A stretch of 64,000 nucleotides of DNA, taken from contig NC_086100.1 of the NCBI RefSeq assembly GCF_963921235.1, positions 39,742,001-39,806,000 of the forward strand, in the 5' to 3' direction. Shown piece by piece: positions 24,700 through 37,625 of the stretch. This DNA is from Mobula hypostoma. Lineage: Eukaryota. A program made the translations under genes and the position numbers. Position 1 is the stretch's first letter. Each line of letters starts with the position of its first letter. The notes beneath the pieces are model-generated. The model saw nothing but the letters and a program-made list of their open reading frames with translations, had not been told where the DNA came from and made no database searches.

Positions 24700-27005
24700 A
24701 AAGGTAGAGAGGATGGATAGGTGGTGGCGTCACAAGGAAGAGTGTGTGAAAGAGGTGATTATTTCAGAAGTCTGAAAGCAGTGGGGACTTAACTCTTCTT
24801 AAGTGTGGATGGGCAGGTTCTCAAACTAATAGGAGCCAAAAAAGTGGAGGGATTGAGAAGCTAGGTGTCATGTCCTGGAAGTATATAAAGAAGGACAGAC
24901 AGGACCATGGGATAGATGGGGTGAAGTGTATTTATTTTAAGGAGGATTAATAGTAAGGGAGGTAAACTTAGACCATTGATCACTTCATGGAACTATGATG
25001 TTGAGGCCAAGACAGAGACATGGTTGAGAGAGGGAAAAGTTTGGATGATTAATATCACAAACAAGAGAAAATCTGCAGGTGCTGAAATGATTAGTATTCC
25101 CAGTTTCAATGTTTTGGGAGAGAAAGGGAGATTTTAAGAAAAAAACCATAAGATATAGCAGCAGAATTAGGCCATTTGGCTGATCAAGTCTGCTGATCCA
25201 TTTTCCCTAGCAGCCTCAATTTCCTGTCTTCTCCACATATCACTTCATACCCTGACTATTCAAGAATTTATCAACCTCTGCCTTACATATACCCAATGAC
25301 TTGGCCTGCACAGCCGCCTGTGGCAATCATTTTCACAAAAGGGGAGGAAGGGAAGTCACACAACTAATCAGGGACAAATTCACAGCTGCAATCAGAGGTG
25401 ACATCATGGAGGGCCCTTCTGCTGAGTATAATGAAAGGTAATCGCTCAAAAGCACTATAGAGCTTCCAGAAACCACTGCAACATTGAGCACTGGATATAC
25501 CAGCAAATTTGGGGAAACGTGCAAAACCAACAAGGTTGCCATTGTGTAAGACTTCAACTTCCCTAGATAGACATTATGTGACATCCTTTAGAAAGAAGGA
25601 CAAGGATTGCAAGGTAAAGAAGCCTTGGATGCTGAGATTGGTAGTAAGTTGAATCAAGAAGAGAAAGGAAGCCTATGTAAGATTTAGGAATGCTGTACGT
25701 ACATCCAGAGCAAACAGCTGACTTGAGAGAGGATAGCATCCAAAAATAGTGTAAAAACAACTTGAAATCCATCCATATGTTGTTAAAAATTTACTTGTCT
25801 TACTGGAAGGAATGGAAGAGAATAAAATTTTATAGTTTGGGGTAAACAGAATGCTCCTATCAACACCGAAAGCAGAACACAGAATGGCATCATCAAATGT
25901 CCTATCCTAGAACATTCATATTGTGAAGTGAGTTCAATCAGAAGTGCATCCTTGTTAGTACGATGAGGCTGATAGAGTTCAAGTGAATGTGGACAAATGA
26001 GTGTTTTTTGATCAGAAATCTTTATTCAGTGGAGATCCACAAGGCACCACACTTGGCTGCTTGCTTTATGTGGAACATATGAGTGATGGTCATTTAAATA
26101 CAATGGCTATCATTATAAATTTTTTTCTGTAATGAAAGTTTGACAGTTGAGAGAGAGCAAGTTCTCATCTGCAAACTGATATCAAACAATTGCTATGAGT
26201 AGTCACACAAAATATGACACGTGATAGGATATTAAGACACACATTCATAGAATCACAGAGACAATACTGCACAGAAACTGGCAAATGGAGTTCAATGCAG
26301 AAAAGTGTGAAATGATACATTTTTGAAGGTCGAACTTGATGGCAGAGTACAAGGTTCATGGAAAGAAAGTGTGGAGAAACAGAAGGATTTGGGGTCCATG
26401 CCCATAAATCCCTGAGTTGCTCTGCAACTTGATAGGGTGATAAATAATGCTTAGGGTGTGTTGGCCTTCATTAGTTGGGGGGATTGAATTCAAGAGCTAC
26501 AAAGTTATTTTGCAGCCCTACTGGTTAGATTACACCTAGAATATAGTGTTAATTTCTGGTCACTTTATTACAGGAACGATGTGGAAGCTTTTGAGAGGGT
26601 GCACAAGAGATTTACCAGGATGCTGCTTGGATCAGAGAACATGCCTTATGAAGAAAGGCTGAGTAAGCTAGGGCTTTTCTATTTGGAGTGAAAGAGGATG
26701 AGAGGCAATTTGATACAGATGTAGAAGATGATAAGAGGCAAAGATCAGTAGACAGCAAACACCTTTTTTCCAGGAGGGCAATGACTAATATGAGAGTTTT
26801 TTTTATATATACATAGAATACACTGTCAGGGGTGCTAGTATATTAGGCACATTTAAGAAACTCTTAGATAGGCATATGGATGAAAGAAAATTGGAGGGCT
26901 ATTTGGGAGGGGTGGGTTAGATTGATTTTAGAGTAGGTTAAAAGGTCAACACAACACCGTGGACTGGAGGACCTGTGTTGTGCTGCACTGCTCAATGTTC
27001 TATTT
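24700..27005 (+). mobile_element. Highly decayed CR1 LINE (APE to 3' end) with a nested minus-strand CR1 3' end (~25146-25326)
   Basis: Remnants WQMEFNAEKC, LERVHKRFTRML and a CR1 3' tail. Confidence 0.7.
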
Positions 27006-27169
27006 TCTCCCAGAAGATAGAAGTGAGAAAAGGGAGACTTGCAGGCTTCTTTGACGATACTAACATGTGAAATCCTCAAACTCAACAGGAGAGCTTCGGT
27101 CACAAAGCTGCAATCCTATTGTCCATATCTGGGAAGTGGAGAAGATACCAGGGGCCTCAGAGGTATGTA

Positions 27170-27440
27170 ATCCTGACCACCTTCCAGAAAGGTGACAAGT
27201 CTGAGTGGTAACTACTGAGAGCTCTCCTTGCTGTCCTCATAAAAGTAATTGCCAAGGTCCTCCTTAAACACATCCTCTCGGTGGCCCAAGAGTTGCTTCA
27301 AGAACCATAGTATGAATTCTGTCCATCAAAAGGCACTGCAGATATGATCTTCACTGTGGAACATCTACAAGAAAAAGGCATGGTCTGACATCAGCCACTA
27401 TATATGACCTTCACTGACCTCACTAAAATCTTTGACTGAA
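27170..27440 (+). mobile_element. RTE-clade LINE RT remnant
   Basis: Degenerate KGDKS..NY, GTADMIFT..LQEK and LYMTFTDLTKIFD motifs. Confidence 0.6.
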
Positions 27441-28129
27441 CTGGAGCCATATATAATAGACAGAAACTTCTAAACCCACAGCCTCTGTCAGCTGGAAGGA
27501 CTAGAACAGCAAAAATATGGGAAATTGCCCTCCAAACCACACACCATCCTGCATTGGAAATATATCATTGTTCGGTCACTGTTGCCATGGCAATATCCCA
27601 GAGCTCCCTCCCTAATAACAATCTGGGCTGTAGCAGTTCACCACTATCTTCTCAAAGGCAACTAAGGATGGAAAACTAAATACTGGCTCAACCTGAAAAA
27701 TGTGCATCCCTTGAATGAATATTTTAAAAAGCAGGCGCTGCGGAACACTCTGTTCAAATTTGGCTGCCCATAGGAATTCATCTCCATCTTAAATATGCTC
27801 ATGCAAGGCATGATACTAACCAACAGAACTAATTTCACAGAATCTAATGTCAAATGTGGCTGTATTATTGTCAGTATTTCTCACCACAATGTCACATCTC
27901 ATCTCCACCAAACTTCCCATAGGAGCAGATCTGATCTTAGGACTGATGGGATTTGCTTCATGCTATAGTGACTGCACTCCAGAACCAAATTCACCAAAAA
28001 CTCAATAGTCTATCTACAAAACGCGTTCATAACTGAACTTGTATAGTCTGAGGAGGCACACTTCTATGGCTAAATTATTAATCTCAGGGAAATATATTGG
28101 AGAATAGGCCGTGAATTCAATATTCACAT

Positions 28130-28412
28130 GAGACCATAAGAAATTGGAGCAGGAGTAGGCCATTCGGCCCATTGAGCCTGCCCCGCCATTCAATAAGATC
28201 ATGGCTGATCTGTCCGTAAACTCAGCTCCATCTACCTGCCTTTTCCCCGTAATCCTTAATTCCCTTACTATGTAGAAATCTATCTAACTGTTTTTTAAAT
28301 GTATTTAGCGAGGAAGCCTCAACTGCTTCCCTGGGCAGAGAATTCCACAGATTCACCACTCTCTGGGAAAAACAATTTCTCCTCATCTCCGTCCTAAACC
28401 TTCTCCCCTGAA
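28130..28412 (-). mobile_element. CR1 LINE 3' end
   Basis: Tail ccataagaaattggagcaggagtaggccattcggccc; encodes FSQRVVNLWNSLP on the minus strand. Confidence 0.8.
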
Positions 28413-29765
28413 CACACTACTTCACAAGCAGTTTCCTTATCAGTCCCATTGCCCATTGGATTCTTCCTGACCCATCTGTGGCAGAACCTGTGGTTCCCAG
28501 TCGCCCTCATCCATCACTTCTCATTTCACAGAACTGGAGCGGAATCACGTCACTTCGATCATGAAGGACCACCTAAGATATGAAGTATTTTGCTAATGAA
28601 TTAGGCGATGCATTAGCAGGTATTACCTGTTCTTGGATACTCTGGAATATATTGATGTCAGCTGGGTATTTGTTGATATGTTCATGAGTAATGGCACTGG
28701 GAACTCACCATCAAATAACATGTCTTTTACGAGCTAAATTTAATCACTATTTTTATAAATGTTCTTAGAATTTGTCAGCAAATTGCCTGATGCAGACGAA
28801 TAAGTAATGAACAAACCATCTTCTGCCATGATACATTATCATTAAACAAAGGATGTATCCCAATTATTTGACAAGTTTGAACACATTCTGTTGTGACTCA
28901 GCATTCTCATTTGGAAGCTTTAAAGACAAATAGGTCCATCCTTGTTTTTATTCTTTCAATGCACATCACATGCATAAGCTAAAAATTGCAAACCAAGAAT
29001 TAAATTACAACTAAAATACGTTCACAAGAGCTCATATCAGCTTTTGAAATCTATTAATAAAACATACTAAGATAGTCTGGAATAATACCTTAAACTAATT
29101 AAAACCTAATGGCTGATATGAAAACAGCATGTGGCCTTACCATTGTTCTCCAGGATAAGATGTCCATTATCATTTCTATTTACAATATTTTGGGAGTTTC
29201 GCAAATCAACGAAGATGTAAACTGGACCTCATTGCTGAAATTTCATTGACTTATCCATCTTACATTTGCACTAAGGAAAATGATGGGCCAGGGTTTAATT
29301 CACTGTTTTATCAGTGACAACCTGATTGCTGTAATCTTTAACCTTGTTCACTTTGCTGAATAAATATGCTTCAGTTTTGATTGTGTCACACTGAATTAGT
29401 TGGTCAGAAAATAAGGTACCTGGCAAGTTAAACATGAGTCTTTTGTTATGATGCTATTGAATTTCAGTAGTGATTTTATAAGGTCAGTGTTTTCATGGTG
29501 CATGCACAAACCCAGGAGGTGAATAGAATAAGGTAAGTACTTATTTTCTGCTGTAGCTGTAATATTCAAGCCTGATTATTATACAAAAAAAAAACTGTAA
29601 GACCTAATTACGGATCTTCTAGGAAACTTAATATTCTGGGAACTCTTTTACACCAGTAACTTATCATGGGCCTGTAGCAACATCAGAAAAGAAGGGAATT
29701 GGAAGACTGGTGGCAAGGTGCTTAATGTGTAAACTCAGCAGCAATGAAAATTTTTAATGGAAATA

Positions 29766-30336
29766 CGCACAGTGGCTACTTTATTAGGAACCTCCTGTAG
29801 CTAATAAAGTGGCCGTTGAGTGTATGTTTGTGGCCGTCTGCTGCAGTAGCCCATCCACTTCAAGGTTCCACGTGTAGTGTGTACAGAGATGCTCTTTTGT
29901 ACCTCTCTGTTACAACGTGTGGTTATTTGAGTTGCCATCGCCTTTCTGTTAGCTCAAACCAGTTTGTCCATTCTCCTCTGTCCTCTCTCATTAGCAAGGC
30001 ATTCTTGCCCCCAGAAGCGCCACTCACTGGATGGTTTTTGGGTTTTCTGCAAGTTTCTCTGTAAGCTCTGGGGACTGTTGTGTGTGCAAATCCCAGGAGA
30101 TCAGCAGTTTCTGAGATATTCAAACCACCCCGTGTGACACCAACAATCGTTCCACAGTCAAAGTCACTTAAATGACTTTTCTTCTCCATACTGATGTTTG
30201 GCTGGAACAGCAACTGAACCTCTTCACCATGTCTGCATGCTTTTATGCATTGATTTGCTGCCTCGTGATTGGCTGATGAGATATTTGCATTAATGAGCAG
30301 GTGTACAGTTGTACCAGATAAAGTGGTCACTGAGTG
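29766..30336 (-). mobile_element. Internally deleted Tc1/mariner element
   Basis: TIRs CAGTGG(C/T)(T/C)ACTTTAT at both ends. ORF 29923..30339 encodes the Tc1 HTH region LSDFD.G.IVG..RGGLNISETADLLGF. Confidence 0.8.
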
Positions 30337-30576
30337 CATTTAGGCTTAAAACGTCCAAATAATCAATAACTGTTGGAACCAATTTCTTTCACTGACATTT
30401 TTCAGAGTGGATATCATGCATTTTAGAGAATTTCAGATTTGGCTCTGAATGTTGTCACAAAAAGGGAGAACTGCACTTTTACAAAATAAATTTGCGTAAA
30501 TGTTGCCTTTTGCAAAGGTTTCTTGTAGCTGGAAAATTAGAATCAAAGCCATTTACACTAGATCACTACTCATAAA

Positions 30577-33330
30577 CACAAGATCACAAGACAAAGGAGC
30601 AGAAGTAGGCTATTCGGCCCATCGAGTCTGCTCCGCCACTCCACCATGAGCTAAACTATTCTCCCATCTAGTTCCAATTTCCGGCTTTTTCCCCATATCC
30701 TTTGATACCCTAATTAGATACCTATCAATCTCCTCCTTAAACACCCTCAATGATCAGGCCTCCACAGCTGTATGTGGCAATGAATTCCATAAATCCACGA
30801 CCCTCTGGCTAAAAAAATTTCTCCTCATCTCTGTTTTTAATGGGTACCCTCTAATTCTAAGACTGTGGCCTCTTGCCCTGGATGCACCCACCAAGGGAAA
30901 CAGGCTTTCCACATCTACTCTGTTCAACACTTTCAACATTAAAAATGTTTCTATGAGATCCCCTCTCATTCTTCTATACTCTAATGAATACAGTCTAAGA
31001 GCTGACAAACACTCCTCATATGTTAGCCTTTGTATTCCAGGAATCATCCTCGTAAATCTTCTCTGAACTCTCTCCAACATCAGAACATCCCTTCTAAGAT
31101 AGGGGGCCCAAAACTGCACACAGTATTCCAAATGAGGTCTCACTAATGCCCCATAGAGCCTCATCAACACCTGCTTACTCTTATACACTATTCCTCTTGA
31201 AATGAATGCCAACATAGCATTCGCTTTCCTTACTACTGATCCAACCTGGTGGTTAACCTTTAGGGTATCCTGCACGAGGACCCCCAAGTCCCTTTGCACT
31301 TCCGATTTTTGAATTTTCTCCCCATCTATATAATAATCTGCCCAATTATTTCTTCTTCCAAAATGTACAACCGTACATTTCTCAACATTGTATTTCATCT
31401 GCCATTTCTTTGCTCACTCTCCTAAACTGACCAAATCTCTCGGCAACCTTTCCGTTTCTTGAACATTTCCTGCTCCTCCACCTATCCTGGTGTCATCCGC
31501 AAACTTAGCCACAAAACCATTTAATCCATAATCTGAATCATTGATATACATTGTAAAAAGAAGCAGCCCCAACACCGACTCCTGCGGAACACCCCTAGTA
31601 ACCGGCAACCAATCAGGATAGGATCCCTTTATTCCCACCCTTTGCTTTCTGCCTGTTGGGCAATGCTCCACCCATTCCAATATCTTTCCTGTAATTCCAT
31701 GGGCTCTCATCTTATTAAGCAGCCTCTTATGCGGCACCCTATCGAAGGCCTTTCGAAAATCCAAATACACAACATCCACAGCCTCTCCCTTGTCAATCTT
31801 ATTTGAGATTACCTCAAAAAATTCCAATAGGTTGGTGAGGCAGGATCTTCCCTTGATGAAACCATGAAACTTGGGCCTATCTTGTCATGCACCTCAAGGT
31901 ATTTCATAACCTCGTCCTTGAGGATCGACTCCAATAACTTTCCAACTACTGATGTCAGACTACTAGGTCTGTAATTTTCTTTTTGCTGCCTCCCTCCTTT
32001 CTTAAACAGCGGAACTACATTTGCGACCTTCCAGTCCTCCGGAACCATGCCAGAGTCTATTGATTCCTGGAAGATCATTTCCAATGCCTCCACAATCTCC
32101 AAAGCCACCTCCTTCAGAACCTGTGGGTGCACCTCATCTGGTCCGGGAGGCTTATCTATTCTTTGTCCACTTAGCTTCCCAAGCACTTTCTCTCTAGTAA
32201 TCTTGACTGTACCTAATTCTATTTCCTGAGACATCTGGCTATCAGGTATGTTGTTAATATCTTCCACTGTGAAGGCTGATGCAAAATACTCATTTAGTTC
32301 CTCTGCCATCTCTTTGTTACCCATTATAGTTTGTCCAGCATCATTTTCAATTGGTCCTATATCTACCCGTGTCACTCCTTTACTCTTCATATATTTAAAA
32401 AAACTCTTAGTATTCTTTTTAATGTTAATTGCCAACTTACTTTCATAATTCATCTTTTCTTTCCTAATGACTTTCTTAGTTTCCTTCTGTAAGTTTTTAA
32501 AAGTCGTCCAGTCCTCATTTTTCCCACTAATTTTAGCTTCCTTGTACGCCGTCTCTTTTGATTTTATTTTAGCCTTAACCTCTCTCGTTAGCCACATTTG
32601 TGCCATTTTTCCATTCATGATTTTCTTTTTTCTTGGAATATGTTTTTCCCGCACTTTCCTTATTTCTTTTAGGAATTTCATCCAATTCTGCTCTACCGTC
32701 TCTCCATCTAGCTTACTTCTCCAATTTACTTGAGCCAATTCCTCTCTCATACCACTGTAATTTCCTTTGTTCCACTGAAATATCGATACACCTGATACCA
32801 GCTTCTCCTTTTCAAATTTGAAACTGAACTCAATCATATTATGATCACTACTTTTAAGGGTTCCATTACCTCTAGCTCTGTAGTCACCTCAGGTTCATTA
32901 CACAGCACCCAATCCAAAACAGCTGATCCCCTGGTGGGCTTATGGACAAGCTGCTCCAAAAAGCCATCCTGTAGGCATTCTACAAACTCCCTCTCCTGAG
33001 ATCCAGTACCTTCCTGACTTTCCCAATCCACTTTCATATTAAAATCCCCCGTAATTATCTTGACATTTTCCTTCTGACATGCTTTTTCTATTTCCAGCTG
33101 TAACTTGTAGTCCACATCCCAGCTGCTGTTTGGAGGCCTGTATAGAACTGCTATCAGTGTCTTTTTACCCTTGCCATTTCTTAATTCGACCCATAAGGAT
33201 CCTACCTCTTCTGTTCCTATGTCCCTTCTTTCCAGTGATTTGATATCGTTGCTTACCATCAGGGCCACACCACCCCTTTTGCCTACCTTCCTATCTTTCC
33301 TATACACTGTGTATCTTTGGACATTAGGCT
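30577..33330 (-). mobile_element. 5'-truncated CR1 LINE ORF2 (APE + RT), frameshifted
   Basis: ORFs 32834-33307 (GGGVAL, YRPPN, GDFN), 31809-32837, 31414-31827 (YLDFRKAFD, KFADD) and 30754-31398, plus a CR1 3' tail. Confidence 0.93.
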
Positions 33331-33380
33331 CCTAACATTGGTTCAGATATTCTAGGATAATACTCATGAAGGAAGCCAAC

Positions 33381-34077
33381 TACGGCGCATAGTTCCCTGA
33401 AGGTGGAATCTCATGTGGATAGGGTGGTGAAGAAAGCTCTTGGTATGCTGGCCTTCATTAATCAGAGCATTGAGCATAGGAGTTGGGATGTAATGTTGAA
33501 ATTGTACAAGGCATTGGTAAGGCCAAATTTGGAGTATTATGTACAGTTCTGGTCACCGAATTATAGGAAAGATGTCAATAAAATTGAGAGAGTACAGCGG
33601 AGATATACTAAAATGTTGCCTGGGTTTCATCTCCTAAGTTACAGAGAAAGGTTGAACAAGTTAGATCTTTATTCTTTGGAGCGTAGAAGGTTGAGAGGGG
33701 ACTTGATAGAGGTGTTTAAGATTATGAGGGAGATTGATAGAGTTGACGTGGATAGGCTATTTTCCATTGAGAGTGGGAGAGATTCAAACAAGAGGACATG
33801 AGTTGAGAGTTAAAGGGCAAAAGTTTAGGGGTAACATGAGGGGGAACTTCTTTACTCAGAGAGTGGTAGCTGTGTGGAACGAGCTTCCAGCAGAAGTGGT
33901 TGAGGCAGGTTCGATGTTGTCGTTTAAAGTTAAACTGGACAGCTATATGGACAGGAAAGGAATGGAGGGTTATGGACTGAATGCAGGTCGGTGGGGCTAG
34001 GTGAGAGTAGGAGTTCGGCACGGACTAGAAGGGCCAAGATGGCCTGTTTCTGTGCTGTAATTTTTATATGGTTATAT
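33381..34077 (+). mobile_element. CR1 LINE 3' fragment, divergent to the adjacent CR1
   Basis: ORFs 33403-33801 and 33734-34000 (LVRPNLEY, RRLRGDLIEVFK, FFTQRVV.VWNELP). Confidence 0.9.
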
Positions 34078-35519
34078 GAAGAATACTCAGCTTTGTGGAA
34101 TAAATTATGACTTCTCAAATGTATTCATGGCATCAAAATTTGCCATCACAATTTGACACATATCGCAATCTTCCCGTTGTTACGTACAGCTGATTTTAAT
34201 GTATGCAGTTCCTGAGGTCCAACTTTCCAGCCACCAATACTGGAGAAGTTAGCATAGGAAAGAGAAGCCAATGATCAGCAGCGGTTAAGAAATTTTGATC
34301 CTGAAGATTTGTATCGTGTTTTGTTTTCTTCAATTTGGAATTTTAATTCAGTTTTAATCTTCCAAGGTGATTGGCAAAAGAAACAGGGTCTGTACTGGAT
34401 TCAGTGCATTGAACCAGACTCTGCATTCAGTTCATTGCACCAATACCAGATCTTGCATCAGGCATAGGACACACCAGTTTCATCGTAATAACATGGAGTC
34501 TGCACTGGATTCCTTGCACCACCCTCTGATGCACTATCTTCAGTTAATGCTTCATGCATGGGCGTTGAGCACTCAGTGTGTAAGTTTGCAAATGATATGA
34601 AACCATGTGCTCAGTTAGCTCTGTGGGGGGGGGGGTTGTTTATCTATGTCAAACAGATTTTGATGTTTTTGTTGACTGCGTCTATATTGTGGAAATTATA
34701 TTTTATTTTGAATAAGAATAATTGGACAGGAGGAAAACTATGGCTAAGATTAAAAGCTTGCAAGAATCAGAACTATAGTTTTCTGAGAATAGAAAAGAAT
34801 TGTGTAATTTGGTGAAGAAGTAAGACATGTAGGGCCGAAACAGAAGATATTGTGAGAGCAATCATCAAAATCATCATCATGGTAAAAGTGGATAATTTGT
34901 CTTCTTTCTTGTTTTTATGGCTGTATCATCTCAATGCTTACTGCTTTTCATATCATCCGTCTTCCTCTCGCTGTGTTGCAAAATACAGTAAAAGTAAGAG
35001 GGAAGAAATCAAAATAAATATAACCGTCTAGGAATAGAAACTACAGAAGTAATTATAGTGTTCCTTCAAAATTTTGCCATGTCACCAAGAATAACATTTC
35101 CAATGACTACGACAGTGCATCACCTCTAACATCATGGCCTGCACTTTTTATTGGTTTGTTGAGTGTTAGAGATCTCTCTGTTTCTCTGCATTGCAGACAC
35201 ACTCAGACAAATCAAGGCTACAAGGAAAGCATTAATTGGTGAGCTAGGAATGTGATATCTCCTCACATTAAATGACTTTCTCGATCGTCGTTACTCCCAG
35301 TTTCTGTGACTTTGAGATCACCAGTCCTAGGTCTCGTCCTCCTGACCTGCACAGTAACCTGGCAGCTTCCTGCTGCAAACTTCCTAATGCCACTCCCTAC
35401 CCTCCATCTATCAATGATTCACTCTGACAAGGGCCCTCACACCACACTGAGCCCCACTGAATGAAATAAAACTGTTATTGTTTCGTGTGGCAGGTGTTCT
35501 CTTCGTGGATCACCCAGGC

Positions 35520-36476
35520 TGAGATCATTCATTTCATCAACTTTGCCCCTGACTTCCACTCTGAAATTCTCTTGGTCCATGTCTAGCACCTTCCCCCTTT
35601 TCTCGATCTCTCTGTCTCCATCACTGGAGACAAACTGTCTACTGATCTACTTTTATCAACCCACTAATTCCCACAGCTCTCTTGACTCTTACACTGTTTC
35701 CTGTAAAAGTGAAGTATTGCACCTGCCCATTCTCCGACTCCCTCATCTCCAGTCAGAGCCCCAAACAGTCCTTCCAAGTGAGAGAACACTTCTTATGCAA
35801 TGCTGTTGGGGTTGTCTGCTGTACCCAGTTTTCCCGATGCGGCTCCTCCACATTGATGAGACCCAGCTTAAACTCGGGGACCGCCATGCTGAGCACCTCA
35901 GCTCCATCCACAAAAAGCAGAATTTCTTGGCAGCTAACCATTTCAACCCCTATCCCTGCTTCCATACCGACATGTCAGTCCATGTCCTCCCCTTCTGCCA
36001 CTCGCAGGTTGGAGAAGCAACACCTCACCTTGGTAATCTCAAACCTGATGGCCTGGACTTCAACTTCGCCAGCTTCTGATCATTTTTCCCCTCCCTCTTC
36101 CCTCTTTTTCATTTCCCTACTCTGGCCTCTTCCCTCTTATCCTCACCTGTCTATCACCACCCCTGGCGCCCCTCCTCCTTCCCTTTCTCCCATGATGCAC
36201 TCTCTCTTCTATCAGATTCTTTCTTCTCCTGCCCTTTGCCTTTTCCATGTATAACCTCCCAGCTTCTTACTTCATCCCCCTCCACCTCCCACTTGTCTTC
36301 ACCTATTAGTTTCTAGCTTGTCCTCCTCCCTCTCCCCCCACCTTCTTACTATGGCTTTGTCTCCCTTCCTTTCCAGTCCTGATAAAGGATCTCAGTTTAA
36401 AATGTCGACTGTATATTAATTTCCATCAATGCTTCCTGGCCCGCTGAGTTCCGACACTATTTTGTGTGCGTTGCTC
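35520..36476 (+). mobile_element. Penelope-like fragment (RT C-terminus, GIY-YIG remnant, terminal repeat with dead hammerhead)
   Basis: Remnants PKQSFQVR.HF.C, LHIDETQ.KLGDR.AEHL and ANHFN; hammerhead relic cagtcctgataaaggat...aaaatgtcgactg. Confidence 0.8.
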
Positions 36477-37039
36477 CATGCTCTGTGCACAAACAGAGAA
36501 TCCGGAGTTTATTCTGATAATAAATATAATAATTTAATATTATAATTTATTATAGTAATAATATAATATAATGTTTAATATAATCATATTAAAATAAACA
36601 AGGGAAGAGGATTGTGTGTGAAGGTTGGTCTGTTGCTGGGGCTGCTTTGAAGTAGGATCTGTAAAGAGATTCTGTTCCATGGAAACTTAAACAGTATAAT
36701 CATAAAACTCTTTCCATGTTTCCTGCTGCCCTACAGTTTTGTTTTGTCCATGACCTGGATCAACACATTGACATCGTGTGGAGGCTTGCGTGCTTCAAGG
36801 GCTCTATCAGGCAATGGCAACTCAAGACCACCCAGGTCGGGATGGCTGTGGATGAGATGCCAGCCGAAGTCTGATCCAACCCCGGCTCCCGAACTGCCAG
36901 ACTCGCGTCTGGCCCTCCCTGGCCACAGTTCACCATGTGCCCTCTCACCAGGAACTGAGACGGCATTGATGGCCCATCAATGTGGCCACAAGCCGGAGGA
37001 GAGGCTTGACAAAAAACAATCAGGAGTGTGAAGGCGCAG

Positions 37040-37625
37040 GTGCAGGACCCCAAACAGTCCTTCCAGATGAGGGGAAACTTCACCTGAGAGTCTGCTGGGG
37101 CTATCTACTGTACCCCAATGCTCCTGGTGCAGTCCCCTCTGCATTGGTGAGACCTGATGTAGATCAGGGGACTGGTTCATTGAGCACCTAAGCTCCATCT
37201 ACAGAAAGAGGAATTCCCGTGTGGCCAGCCATTTCAATTTCTACCCCCATTCCCAATCCAACATGGCCTCTCCTTCTGCCACGATGAGACCACACTCAGG
37301 CTGGAGCAGCAACACCTCACATATTGTCTAGGTAGCCTCCATCCTGATGGCATGAACATCAACTTCTCCAACTTCCACTAACTTGTTTCCCCTCCCTCTT
37401 CTTGATTTCCCCACACTGGCCTCTTACCTCTTCTTCTTCACTGCCTATCATCTTCTCCTTTTGCCCCACCTCCTTCCCTTTCTCCCACGATCCATTCTCC
37501 TCTCCTATCAGATTCTTTCTTCTCCACACTTTTCCTTTTTCCACTTATCAACTCCCCCCCCCATCACCTGGCTTCACCTATCACCTTCTAACTTGGCCTC
37601 CCCCCACTCCCCCACCTTCTTACTC
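37040..37625 (+). mobile_element. Penelope-like GIY-YIG fragment interrupted by a Gypsy element; 3' terminus appears to resume at 40270-40385
   Basis: Homologous to 35760-36350 and 41145-41720. Confidence 0.75.

Noticed and set aside
30577-34077. Divergent CR1 pair as a single twin-primed insertion
   Set aside because: Both parts have their own, different 3' tails and overlapping RT regions, with a 50-bp spacer and no shared TSD. Two independent insertions fit better.
36515-36600. Very AT-rich tract
   Set aside because: It is a simple low-complexity TAA/TA repeat with no further structure.
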